Assembly: GCF_001194135.2 (NCBI RefSeq) | Contig: NC_068981.1 | Location: forward strand, 184,476,602 to 184,540,601 | Direction: 5' to 3' | DNA from: Octopus bimaculoides | Taxonomy: Eukaryota | DNA length: 64,000 nucleotides | Shown: in pieces, positions 51,866 through 64,000 of the stretch | Layout of the letters: every line of letters starts with the position of its first letter | Position numbering within the stretch: position 1 is the stretch's first letter | The notes under the pieces: generated by a model | Database searches by the model: none | What the model saw: the letters and a program-made list of their open reading frames with translations, nothing else | Told to the model about the DNA's origin: nothing | Position numbers and translations under genes: made by a program

Positions 51866-53893
51866 GTGTGTGTGTAGTGCGTTAACCAAAGCGCCAAGTG
51901 TTAATAAGACAGGAAAATAAATATAAATTATTTCGTTGTAAATTCAAACGGTTAATATCTAATTCAAACTAACAAGATAATTTTCTAGTGTTTTGTTCTC
52001 TCTCTATTTCCAACATAACATTACTTTATATAGATTTAGTGTTTAGTCACTGTGTATCTCTTATACTGGACTACTAACATAAATCCACTTGTAGGTTTAA
52101 GAATATACTAGCACTATACAATTTTTAAGTCTTAATAGTCGTCAGACTAACTATTATGTCTATTTCTCCTTCACATCGATTACCTTAAAAACTTCGACAC
52201 AGGACTAGGGTTCCTGTAGGTGGTCGTTCGATCTGCTAAAAGCACCAGTCAACTCACTATTAAATTACACGCTGCTGTCTTAAATAATGTAGCCCAAAAT
52301 ATACTACTGCTGAAAAACAAAACAAAACAAAAACAAACAAACTGCCTCACCTCGCTTAAAAAAAGGAAAACCCGACGTGGTTGTAGCTTGAAATGCCTAG
52401 ATCCCAAGTTTACTGTCTCAGAACCGTCTCAAGGCTAGCGTACGTTTCTATAAATTAACCTGACTAAAAACAGGTTACAGTGAGAGGCTCGCTGCGGTTA
52501 ACGTTCCATTTGATATGTATAAGTGCTTGGACAGGAAATATATTGAAAGAATGATTTAAAAGGAAAGCAGGTCTCCAGACAAGTGAATTGTCAAAACATT
52601 AACTAATAAGGTGTAGAATAGTTAAGAGTGATTAGGACAACAGGAAGAAGATTGAATAAAACCTCTCCCTCAGAATTTGAGACCTTATGCCAAAATAAGA
52701 AATTAATTAAAGTTGTTGGTTTTCCTGTTTGTTTGTTTTTTTAATAATTGTTAACCAAACTACTTGGGGCTTTTTGTTTAGCCGTTTATCGTTTACTTGT
52801 TTTAGTCATTAGACTCTGAGGCGGCCATGCTGGGGCACCACCTCGGAGAATTTTTAGTCGAATGAATCGATCCCAGTACTTATTTTTACAAGGCTAGTAC
52901 TTATTCTATCAGTGTCTTTTGTCGAACCGCTGTGTAACTAGGACGTAAAGACACCAACATCGGTTGTCAAGTGGTGGTGGGGGACAATAGAGACAGAAAG
53001 ACACACATACCCACACACACAGACATTCACACACACACACACACACACGCGCGCGCGATGGGTTTCCTTCAGTTTCTGTCCACAAAATACACTCACAAGA
53101 CTTCGGTCGGCCCGAGGCTATAGTAGAAAACACTTGCCCAAGATGCCACACAATGGAAGTGAACCGGAACCATGTGGTTGGGAAGCAAGCTTCTTTATTT
53201 CANNNNNNNNNNNNNNNNNNNNNNNNNNNNNNNNNNNNNNNNNNNNNNNNNNNNNNNNNNNNNNNNNNNNNNNNNNNNNNNNNNNNNNNNNNNNNNNNNN
53301 NNNNNNNNNNNNNNNNNNNNNNNNNNNNNNNNNNNNNNNNNNNNNNNNNNNNNNNNNNNNNNNNNNNNNNNNNNNNNNNNNNNNNNNNNNNNNNNNNNNN
53401 NNNNNNNNNNNNNNNNNNNNNNNNNNNNNNNNNNNNNNNNNNNNNNNNNNNNNNNNNNNNNNNNNNNNNNNNNNNNNNNNNNNNNNNNNNNNNNNNNNNN
53501 NNNNNNNNNNNNNNNNNNNNNNNNNNNNNNNNNNNNNNNNNNNNNNNNNNNNNNNNNNNNNNNNNNNNNNNNNNNNNNNNNNNNNNNNNNNNNNNNNNNN
53601 NNNNNNNNNNNNNNNNNNNNNNNNNNNNNNNNNNNNNNNNNNNNNNNNNNNNNNNNNNNNNNNNNNNNNNNNNNNNNNNNNNNNNNNNNNNNNNNNNNNN
53701 NNNNNNNNNNNNNNNNNNNNNNNNNNNNNNNNNNNNNNNNNNNNNNNNNNNNNNNNNNNNNNNNNNNNNNNNNNNNNNNNNNNNNNNNNNNNNNNNNNNN
53801 NNNNNNNNNNNNNNNNNNNNNNNNNNNNNNNNNNNNNNNNNNNNNNNNNNNNNNNNNNNNNNNNNNNNNNNNNNNNNNNNNNNNNNNNNNNNN

Positions 53894-56800
53894 GGCGAGA
53901 CGGCACTTCCGTGCCTTGACAGTTTATCATGAACAGGTAACGCCGCACGGAAGCACTGCCAAGTCAGGGATTTCTGGTAATTATCCAGATACCCCGGCCC
54001 GAAAGCTCTCCTGAACAGGTTGATCAACTGATTTTCATCGTAGCCCAGGGTCTCCCCTAAGGCGTCTTCGGACATGATCTCCACTAACCCGCTATAAAAA
54101 TCCGCGGTGAAACTCCTGCTGCCGGTATTGCCCGCCCGAGAGAGCAACTGAAGTGCCTGACGGCACTCCAATTGCCAGTCCCCCAGGCTAGGTCTCTGCT
54201 TGATCCATGTACCAATGTCCGTTAAGAACGTTAACTGCGGAAGATAGAACAGGACATGTGGTGACCACGCCTGCTCTCCATCCAAGTAAAGCCAGAGGTG
54301 CCTCAACCTTAACGCGAATTTTCGCATCTTCAGCTAAGGCATCCCTAGCCCACCCTTTAGCGGTTTCTGGCAACAGACAGCGCTTCACAAGTAGCTTTCC
54401 TCTCTTCCACAAAAAAGCGGAAAAGGATTCTCTCCAACTTGCTCAGCCACAAATCGAGGCAAGACACCACGGTTAGACAGTAGGTAATTACTGATGCGAT
54501 AAACATCTGCACCACTTCCGCCCTCCCTAGCAAGGATAACGGTCGCCCAGACCAGATCTGGGTTAGAGCAGTCACCTTGCTGGCCACCTCACTCCAATTT
54601 TTCTCTGTCTGGAGGTCTGGACCAACCCAGACTCCGAGCAGCTTAACAGGATCTTCCGTCCAACGCCCCGCGACATTAATGAACGCCATCGGCTTGCCCA
54701 TCCAGGTACCAAGTTGCAAACCGACCGACTTGTTTTTGTTAATCTTTGCTCCTGCCACCGCCTCGTAACTTTTGATGGTCTCTTCCACCACTGGAATCTG
54801 GCCCTCATCCGCCACGATGATGGAGATGTCATCCGCATACGCCGTAGCTCCTCTTCCACACCATAGATCATGCGGCGCGTCCCCTAGTGCCTCCAGCTTC
54901 CGCAGCAGTGGCTCAAGAGCCAATACANNNNNNNNNNNNNNNNNNNNNNNNNNNNNNNNNNNNNNNNNNNNNNNNNNNNNNNNNNNNNNNNNNNNNNNNN
55001 NNNNNNNNNNNNNNNNNNNNNNNNNNNNNNNNNNNNNNNNNNNNNNNNNNNNNNNNNNNNNNNNNNNNNNNNNNNNNNNNNNNNNNNNNNNNNNNNNNNN
55101 NNNNNNNNNNNNNNNNNNNNNNNNNNNNNNNNNNNNNNNNNNNNNNNNNNNNNNNNNNNNNNNNNNNNNNNNNNNNNNNNNNNNNNNNNNNNNNNNNNNN
55201 NNNNNNNNNNNNNNNNNNNNNNNNNNNNNNNNNNNNNNNNNNNNNNNNNNNNNNNNNNNNNNNNNNNNNNNNNNNNNNNNNNNNNNNNNNNNNNNNNNNN
55301 NNNNNNNNNNNNNNNNNNNNNNNNNNNNNNNNNNNNNNNNNNNNNNNNNNNNNNNNNNNNNNNNNNNNNNNNNNNNNNNNNNNNNNNNNNNNNNNNNNNN
55401 NNNNNNNNNNNNNNNNNNNNNNNNNNNNNNNNNNNNNNNNNNNNNNNNNNNNNNNNNNNNNNNNNNNNNNNNNNNNNNNNNNNNNNNNNNNNNNNNNNNN
55501 NNNNNNNNNNNNNNNNNNNNNNNNNNNNNNNNNNNNNNNNNNNNNNNNNNNNNNNNNNNNNNNNNNNNNNNNNNNNNNNNNNNNNNNNNNNNNNNNNNNN
55601 NNNNNNNNNAGGGCAGACCATCGAGATGCGGCGACTTCTCCCCGGGGCATTCACCTAGCACCTCGATCTACGAGGCGTGAGATTGCTTTCCTACCAGTCG
55701 AGTCAACGCTATCGATGCGTGCGTCAACGATAGCGTTAAACTCTCTTAATACCACTAATGTCTTCGACGTCACGAGAAAGTTCTCTAGGCGCCGATAAAA
55801 ATCAGTTTGTAATCCTCTAGCACAAGGTGCATAGATTCCGATCAATCTGAAGGCCTTACTGCTGTATGTCACATCAAGGACGACCAGCCCACCTTCTGGG
55901 TCTACATAAACTGTACTTGTCTGCAGAGCCAATCCTTTTCGGATCAGTACAACTACCCCACCTCGACCTCCGGTCTGACCAGGAGACATGATTTTCTCAT
56001 AGCTATTCAGGAGGGACGAGAAGGTTTGTAGACTATCCAGCTTGGTCTCTGTAGCAACCATCACATGCATATCGTGTGATCTGAGGTCGTCGAGGAAACA
56101 GGCTTGCTTTCACTTCGAGCTCAGACCACGCACATTCAAACATCCAAGGTTAAGTTCAGCCATTAAAAACAATGGGAAAAAAAGCAAGGGTTCTACTTAC
56201 CCTTAACTGGTGACGTTGGGGCTGACCTCACCACACGTGAGGCAGTCCCTTCCTTCTCCTCCTTCTTCAAATAGCAGGGCAGGGCTATAATCCTCCTGAT
56301 GTTCTTCAGATGCCTGTATAGGGTTTCCCCTATCCAGGCACACCTCTCATTCATACCCCTATGTTGAGGGTATATTTTGGTCGTATGATGGTTTTTGATT
56401 ACTTCATCCGTGTAAATGTCTTTAGTATTGTATGCCACCAAAATTTTATCGTCTTTTTCTTTTCCTGGGGAGAAAGGGCGGGGTCTTATTTTGTTATTTG
56501 TGGTGAAGTGCTGCTTTTTCCTGTGAAGGATGTGGGTGGGGAAGGTGCATGTGTTCGTTTCCGAACTGTCGTGAACCCCCCCCTCAGCCACCTCCATGGT
56601 GTTATCTGGGGGAGTTGTGTTCTTTTCACCAACAGGTGCCTCAGATTTCAAAGGGGTGGGAAAATTTGTTTTTGTAGGGGCTTGTGTGTGCAGGGGTTGG
56701 GTCTTCTCGTTGTTTTGTTTGGGAGCCGGCACCGCAACAGACGGTGTGGGAGTGCTTGTCTTTCTGGGGACTGGTGTGTGTGTGAGCTTGGGGTTGTTTT

Positions 56801-57860
56801 TCTCAGATGTAGGGNNNNNNNNNNNNNNNNNNNNNNNNNNNNNNNNNNNNNNNNNNNNNNNNNNNNNNNNNNNNNNNNNNNNNNNNNNNNNNNNNNNNNN
56901 NNNNNNNNNNNNNNNNNNNNNNNNNNNNNNNNNNNNNNNNNNNNNNNNNNNNNNNNNNNNNNNNNNNNNNNNNNNNNNNNNNNNNNNNNNNNNNNNNNNN
57001 NNNNNNNNNNNNNNNNNNNNNNNNNNNNNNNNNNNNNNNNNNNNNNNNNNNNNNNNNNNNNNNNNNNNNNNNNNNNNNNNNNNNNNNNNNNNNNNNNNNN
57101 NNNNNNNNNNNNNNNNNNNNNNNNNNNNNNNNNNNNNNNNNNNNNNNNNNNNNNNNNNNNNNNNNNNNNNNNNNNNNNNNNNNNNNNNNNNNNNNNNNNN
57201 NNNNNNNNNNNNNNNNNNNNNNNNNNNNNNNNNNNNNNNNNNNNNNNNNNNNNNNNNNNNNNNNNNNNNNNNNNNNNNNNNNNNNNNNNNNNNNNNNNNN
57301 NNNNNNNNNNNNNNNNNNNNNNNNNNNNNNNNNNNNNNNNNNNNNNNNNNNNNNNNNNNGTTGCGAACCTGACTTCGATTGTCGCATATGCCTTTCCCCT
57401 TGCGATATATGCAATGTCCTTCCACATAGGGGCCAGGCATTTTTCTATTTTGCCCTTTTCGAAATGTTTGAACCGCTTGTTCTCGGGACAGTAGGATTTA
57501 AATATAACAGTTTTTCTTTGTGTCTCTATTGAATTAGAGATGGGTGATGTCTTAATATCGCCGTCCTTCTTCTTCATTCTTTCGAAGTATTCTTTCAGTT
57601 TTTCGTCTGGAATTTCAATGGTTTCAGTTGCCACTGCAGCAACTGCCGAAAATTTTTTTTACAGTGTTGGCACCTCCGCCGACATTAACACCACTCTCTT
57701 CGAGAATACATTTTTCTTTAATAATTTCGACCGACATATTCGGTCGAAATTAATTCAATACAAAAGTAAAGCCTACAACGGCTTTTCAAAGTTTACAAAA
57801 AAATGTTCAACAGAAAATATTGCTTCCACTTAAACTGGAAGCCTATAATAAATTTTCCTC
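53894..57860 (-). mobile_element. Near full-length Tx1-type (L1 group) LINE with ORF1 and ORF2 (APE endonuclease + RT), broken by assembly gaps
   Basis: ORF2 starts at 56163: MAELNLGCLNVRGLSSK*...ATETKL (APE). RT motif AYADDISIIV, then AKINKNKS, KLLGVW and LSLLGRAEVV. C-terminal WQCFRAALPVHDKLSRHG. ORF1 runs from 57685 to the stop at 56193. Visibly GC-richer than the flanks. Confidence 0.9.
56193..57685 (-). pseudogene. LINE ORF1 with one early in-frame stop; middle hidden by a gap
   Basis: ATG TCG GCG GAG GTG CCA ACA CTG TAA AAA AAA TTT TCG GCA GTT GCT GCA is in frame with ATETIEIPDEK. Pro/Thr-rich C-terminal half. Ends ~30 nt before the ORF2 ATG. Confidence 0.7.
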
Positions 57861-59880
57861 TAATAGAAGATACCAGCTCTGAAACGACTTAAAACAGTTC
57901 GAATTTTTACACCCCACCAAAAAAAATGTAATGCCACAATGGCCACAGAATTAAATTTAACAGTTCCTATTTCCCGGTATACTGGGGAATAATAAAAATA
58001 AATACAGTTCAACAAATACAACAATAATTGATGCTGGGAAAGGGGTGGACAGCCCACGTAAAGCTAGATAGGCTGGACCATCACTTGATGAGCCAAAATG
58101 GGTACCTAGAGGTAAAAAGGCAAAATGCGGATACCTAAAGGTTAATTTTTATAGAGAACCATAAAATTAACTGATGCCCTGGTAATAATGATAGAAGAGG
58201 CAGGGAGAGCACACGGCTTGAGGGTACCCGCTGGAAAGTGTTTTTGGATACGTATTGGATATGTATTTGCGTAACCTCTGTGTTTGCTCGTATATAAGTC
58301 GCACCCCTAATTTAATGTTAAACCTTGGTGCAACATTTCTTTTTCCGCCATAACTTTAGCTTTGCCCCGTGTATAAGTTGCACCTTAGTTTTTTTCAGTT
58401 AAAATCAGGTATAAAACAGTGTGACTTATACATGAGTAGATACGGTACAGGCACTCAGTCGGTTACGACGACAAGGGTTCCAGTCGGTCCGATCAACGAA
58501 ACAGCCAGCTCGTGATATTAACGTGCAAGTGGCTGAGCACTCCACAGACACGGAATGTAACCAGACTGGCCCTTTGAAATTTTGCTGACCGAGTGGACTG
58601 GAGCAACGTGAAATAAAGTAGGTTTCTCAAGGACACAACACATTCTCCGGGAATCGAACTCACGCCTTTACGATCGTGAGTAGAATATCCTAACCACTAA
58701 CCCATGCGCCTTCATTTGTAAATACGGTCTACCATAAGAGGTTTCAAAGGTAGTGAAATGGTCGAGTCGCAAGGGTGTCGGACAGAATACTTCGCGGTAA
58801 TTTGTTTTGACTCTGTGCGTTTTGAGATAAAATTCCGCCGAGGTTAAGTTTGTCTTTCCTTCCTTCCGGGTCGATAAAATAATTTCCAATCCAGGACTAC
58901 CAATTGACGGAACTGTAAGAATGTCCGACCAGATGCTCTACAGCATTTGCTCCGGTTCTCTTCCCCTCTGAGTTCAGACTTCAGTATTTAAAAAGCATTT
59001 TCAGTGACTCCCGCAGTTTGGGCGTGGCGAGTAAGAAAATTCTTCGGAGTAAAGACGTGGCTGTGTGGTAAGAACCTTGCTTCCAAATCACATAGTTCCG
59101 GGTTCAGTCCCACCGCGTGGTACTTCGGGCAAGTGTTTTCTACTATAGCCTCGAGCCAACCAAAGACTTGTGAGTGGATTTGGTAGACAGAAACTGAAAC
59201 AAGCCTGTCGTGTATATATATATATATATATATATNNNNNNNNNNNNNNNNNNNNNNNNNNNNNNNNNNNNNNNNNNNNNNNNNNNNNNNNNNNNNNNNN
59301 NNNNNNNNNNNNNNNNNNNNNNNNNNNNNNNNNNNNNNNNNNNNNNNNNNNNNNNNNNNNNNNNNNNNNNNNNNNNNNNNNNNNNNNNNNNNNNNNNNNN
59401 NNNNNNNNNNNNNNNNNNNNNNNNNNNNNNNNNNNNNNNNNNNNNNNNNNNNNNNNNNNNNNNNNNNNNNNNNNNNNNNNNNNNNNNNNNNNNNNNNNNN
59501 NNNNNNNNNNNNNNNNNNNNNNNNNNNNNNNNNNNNNNNNNNNNNNNNNNNNNNNNNNNNNNNNNNNNNNNNNNNNNNNNNNNNNNNNNNNNNNNNNNNN
59601 NNNNNNNNNNNNNNNNNNNNNNNNNNNNNNNNNNNNNNNNNNNNNNNNNNNNNNNNNNNNNNNNNNNNNNNNNNNNNNNNNNNNNNNNNNNNNNNNNNNN
59701 NNNNNNNNNNNNNNNNNNNNNNNNNNNNNNNNNNNNGGAGTCATACAAGGAAACCGAACGAAAACAAACATGGAAACCAGAACGAGAGGAAAATAGTGAA
59801 CGCTGGGAGAAATATTTTCTTTGAAAAGAGAAAAGATAGAAGAGAGAGAAATAAAAACCTCCAGTCCTTAGAATGTCGAG

Positions 59881-59959
59881 CAGGAAAAGAAAGATGGTCA
59901 CGTGAGGAAAAGAAAGATGGACGATGGTCACGTGTGGCCAATGATTGAGAGGAAAACAG

Positions 59960-60013
<54 letters not shown>

Positions 60014-60218
60014 GAGAGAACGGTGAAGGGGGAAAAGGGAATTAGAGAAGGATGGGGGAGAAAACAGTATAGAGTGGAGTCGTCGCATCAAAAAGGTTAA
60101 GATAAACTTACTTGGAAATGGATGCGTGGCGTTCGATTAAATAATGATATAAAGAATCTCTCTCGTTGCTCATACGTGACCATCGTCCATCTTTCTTTTT
60201 TCTTCACATGACTATCTT
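59881..60218. repeat. Inverted repeat (~50-bp arms) enclosing a (GA)n tract
   Basis: aaagatggtcacgtgaggaaaagaaagatggacgatggtcacgtg is mirrored at 60172-60218. Confidence 0.8.
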
Positions 60219-62717
60219 TTTATGGAGCTATTTCTAGTAATTAAACCATGAAATGATTCGTTTATAATAGAAGTATGTTCTGGAGAACAGGAGATAAATT
60301 CCATGATAGTTGAGATTCCGACTCAGTTTCCATTTTTGGTTGAAAGATTTACATTTCACAAATATTGCTCTTGCCCTCGGAAAAATATGAACATTATATC
60401 TTCCCATTTGTCTTCAAGCTTTTCTCGCTAAGATAACGGAAACAACTCTTACTGATATCCTTTACTAAACATATTATGTCACCGACGCTGCTAAATCTGG
60501 ATGAATACTTGGGAAACTAAAATGTCGTTAGTTAAACTAGTTGAAATTCGTTACATGTGGCGAATTTCGAAATAAGCGTTGGAGGAATTAAAAGATTAGA
60601 AATTAAAATTTTCAAAAGAGTAGGAAAATGGAAAGCAATTTCAAAATGAGAATTTATATTGATTCAAAAACATTCTCGGCAAAGTTTGAAAATCAAAATT
60701 GCCAAATTATTTCTGAGATTTTTACCCTCATCATTCTGTTAACTTTTGTTCAAAAGTTCGAGCTACAGTATTAAAAAAAAAGGTATGTATGTGTGTGTGT
60801 GTGTGTGTGGTTATCTTGTGTCTTTGATGAGCATGCGGAAGTTGAGTAATGTTATTTCTGAGTGTATGTGTATATGCGATTGTGTGTGTGTTTAATTAAT
60901 CTGTCTAGGAAGGGTAGAGAATATAACTTTTGTTGCCTCACTCGACTGGATTGGTTTCTCGTTTCATCTCTCGTCCAATGAAAGGAACGATTCAGTTGTC
61001 ACCATTTATAATAAACTCTGCTGCTTTCAGTCTTGGATCGTACCTACTCATTGAATTTCTGTGCAGCTAACTCAACCATTTTTCACCTGTGGACCCCTTT
61101 GGTTCCTATTTTGCTCTATTGGACCCCCCCCCATATTTCAAAAATCCGATATTTTTATAATTATATTTAAAAAATTGTTAAAATATTTTGTGCATTGTAG
61201 AAGTATAATCAATTTATTGCAAATAAATTTTAACTGCAAAATCTTATATGGACCCCCAAGGGTGATATGAACCCTGGTTGAAGATCACTGAGCTAAACGG
61301 ACAAGATCAGCGAAAATTGATGATATACAAACCAGTGGTTTTCAGCTGACAAACTACCAATTTGCCCAACATATNNNNNNNNNNNNNNNNNNNNNNNNNN
61401 NNNNNNNNNNNNNNNNNNNNNNNNNNNNNNNNNNNNNNNNNNNNNNNNNNNNNNNNNNNNNNNNNNNNNNNNNNNNNNNNNNNNNNNNNNNNNNNNNNNN
61501 NNNNNNNNNNNNNNNNNNNNNNNNNNNNNNNNNNNNNNNNNNNNNNNNNNNNNNNNNNNNNNNNNNNNNNNNNNNNNNNNNNNNNNNNNNNNNNNNNNNN
61601 NNNNNNNNNNNNNNNNNNNNNNNNNNNNNNNNNNNNNNNNNNNNNNNNNNNNNNNNNNNNNNNNNNNNNNNNNATCGGAATTTGATCTGAAATAGTAATA
61701 AAAATGCTGGGGACGCACACATCCATTCTAACGCACGATGTATGTCATCGTTGAGGTGTGCACGACCACCGTTTTTTAAATATTAAATTTCGATATAATC
61801 GTAATCACCATCGTATAAAAGATATTTCATTATGATATTCGCATTTTATTGAAAGTTATGAGGAAACAAAGTCAACTCGCCTGAACTATCCGAAACTCCA
61901 CTTCCCACTGCCTTCGAAAAACATTTTCACAACAAATTCCAATATAATCGGAACCTATATCACTTAAAAAGTATATGTAGAAAATTTCTTTAAAAAGATA
62001 TCCATTCTTCAGAAAGTTATGAGGAAACAAAGTCGGCATGGCGGAGTGGAAGAGCACTTGTGTAAATATGCGGCTAATATCTACAGAAAAATCGTTAAAA
62101 ACTTGGGTTTAAAAGGCTAAAAGATTTTCACTGTATTTAAGCCAGCCACAAGATTGAACAATCCTACAACTTTTACCCTTTATTTTTTAATTTCTATTTC
62201 CCAATTATTATCTCTACTGGTGTCACACCCGACCACGGAAGTATAGCCTGAAAACTAGCAGGAAACGAAGGCTGTTCTAATTTCTAGAAAGACTTGCAGA
62301 GGAAAAAAAAATGGAGGGAGTGGGGCTTTACATTTGAAGGATTAAGTAATATTATTACTTCCGGCAGCAAGGAAACAGAATTGAAAATGTGAATAATAGA
62401 TATGTCAACGTCAGGAGAGTAGATAGTTGGTTTGAAACATTTTCCTGTGTATTTGCTATTAGCATCCGCTGTAAGCCTATTTGTCATGTTATGTCACTCA
62501 TGTGGGTGACTACGAAAAAACAGCTTGGCTAGTGTTTATAGTTAACGTTTTAGTTTAATTAATTAATTAATTAAATTCGTTTCATGATAAAGATAGAGAA
62601 CAAATATATATTTTATCTCTCTCTCCCTGTGTGTGTATGTATGTGTATTATATAATATATCGTCTGTAAATCATAAATCCGAAAAAGAAGGACAGTGTAA
62701 GCTATAGAGCAGTAGAG

Positions 62718-62932
62718 TATATAGATATGGCCGGTCTATGGGGTTACCCTGGATTTCAGGTCCATAAAGCGCTTAGCTTTACATTGTCTCTTCAGAACTT
62801 AGGCCTATGGCCTCTCTAGAAAATAGAGGCCACTTGCTAGAGAGGCCATAGGCCTAAGGTCTGAAGAAACGCTGTAAAGCTAACCACTTTATGGGTGTAG
62901 AACCCAAAGCGATCCCACAGACCAGCCATATC

Positions 62933-62937
<5 letters not shown>
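62718..62937. repeat. Foldback palindrome/MITE (~100-bp arms, 17-nt loop), followed by (TATG)n then (CATA)n
   Basis: ...cttcagaacttaggcctatggcctctctag [aaaatagaggccacttg] ctagagaggccataggcctaaggtctgaag...; outer ends tatagatatggc and gccatatctata. Confidence 0.9.
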
Positions 62938-62964
<27 letters not shown>

Positions 62965-63319
62965 TGTATGTATGTATGTATGTATGTATGTATGTATGTA
63001 TGTATGTATGTATCTATACACACATACATACATATATACATAAAACATACATACATAAATGCATGCATACATGCATGCATGCATACATACATACATACAT
63101 ACATACATACATACATACATACATACATACATACATTCATTCATACATGCACAGAAAGGTTTTGGCCCAAGCTATTACTAACTAAATAGCACCACCTGGA
63201 GAAGACGTTTAACCATGTTTCATGTCAAGAAGATATAAATACTAAATGGGAGAAAATTTGAACTCATGCGCTTAGAAAAAAAAAGAATGCATTCAAGCAA
63301 CCATATTCCCTTCTTTCAA

Positions 63320-63870
63320 GGGAACCACTCACAGCATCCAATAATATCAGGGACTTAGGAGTGATTGTTGACAACAATCTTAGTTGGAGTGCTCACATCA
63401 AAAATACAGTCAATATGACTTGTGGAATGAGTTTCTGAACCCTCAAACTTTTCGGTCCAGAGAGCGAGACATCATTATTCCCTTTTTCTCTTCCTTTGTA
63501 CGGCCACACCTAAAATATTGCTGTCCCCTGTGGTCTCATCACACCAAACAAAACGAGAATTGATTCACCTCAAAGGGCAATCACTAAAGAAATAAAAGGC
63601 ATGATTGATCTTGATTAATAGAACCACCATAAAACACTGAAACTTTATTCTCTTCAGCGACGCCGAGAGCGTTACATCATTTGTATAATGTGGAGAATTG
63701 CACCAATATTGCCCAAACGTCCTTAACATTAAATTCAGAATTCATCCAAGGTTGGATCCACGTGCCATACGCTCCTTACACAATGCAGGCTCACAACTCA
63801 TAAATCCACAGCAATACGATTTCTTTTCCTCAATAGGCCCTGTTCTATTTAACATTGTCCCATTAACAAT
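63320..63870 (+). mobile_element. CR1/L2-type LINE 3' fragment ending in microsatellite
   Basis: IRDLGVIVDNNLSWSAHI ... FVRPHLKYCCPLW ... FFSSIGPVLFNIVP, then (TG)n/(CATA)n. Confidence 0.85.
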
Positions 63871-64000
63871 ATATGTGTGTGTGTGTGTGTGTGTATAAAT
63901 ACACACATACATACGTGCATACATACATACATGCATACATACATACATACATGCATACATACATACATACATACGTATATATATATATATATATATATAT

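Noticed and set aside
53894-56163. GC-rich island as possible bacterial contamination or horizontal gene transfer
   Set aside because: It encodes APE endonuclease and non-LTR RT motifs typical of a eukaryotic Tx1/L1 LINE.
58635-58715. tRNA-like sequence with A and B boxes (also SINE heads at 29475 and 45955)
   Set aside because: No proper acceptor stem or terminator, and it runs directly into a SINE body. These are SINE heads, not tRNA genes.
53118-61726. Long ORFs of 120-430 aa in the ORF track
   Set aside because: Their length comes from N runs translated as X. Only the LINE-derived portions are real coding remnants.

Overview
Eukaryotic, AT-rich, microsatellite-dense draft-assembly DNA with many N gaps. 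The SINE families suggest a cephalopod, probably Octopus (inference). The only host protein-coding gene I can support is beta-catenin/armadillo on the minus strand. I traced eight coding exons by hand, all with GT-AG boundaries and consistent phases (20480 down to 713; 1248 nt = 416 codons). The gene continues past the left edge. A probable non-coding first exon lies near 37.6-37.8 kb, and a second promoter-like motif cluster near 40.8 kb. The rest is transposon-derived: four tRNA-SINE/SINE-like families, a full-length decayed DD34D mariner, a DD37D (maT-like) fragment, a near full-length Tx1-type LINE, CR1-, RTE- and HERO-like LINE fragments, and many MITEs and foldback palindromes. I found no convincing novel multi-gene system. 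The best leads are: (1) exon-restricted divergence of the normally invariant ARM repeats 1-2, suggesting a paralog or a hidden mutually exclusive exon; (2) a phosphodegron split over two exons whose joint skipping is in frame; (3) a ~130-bp-arm hairpin just behind the degron exon, a candidate ADAR substrate; (4) the orphan NRF1/YY1 promoter. Protein comparisons and family names are from memory and need database confirmation. Repeat boundaries are approximate.
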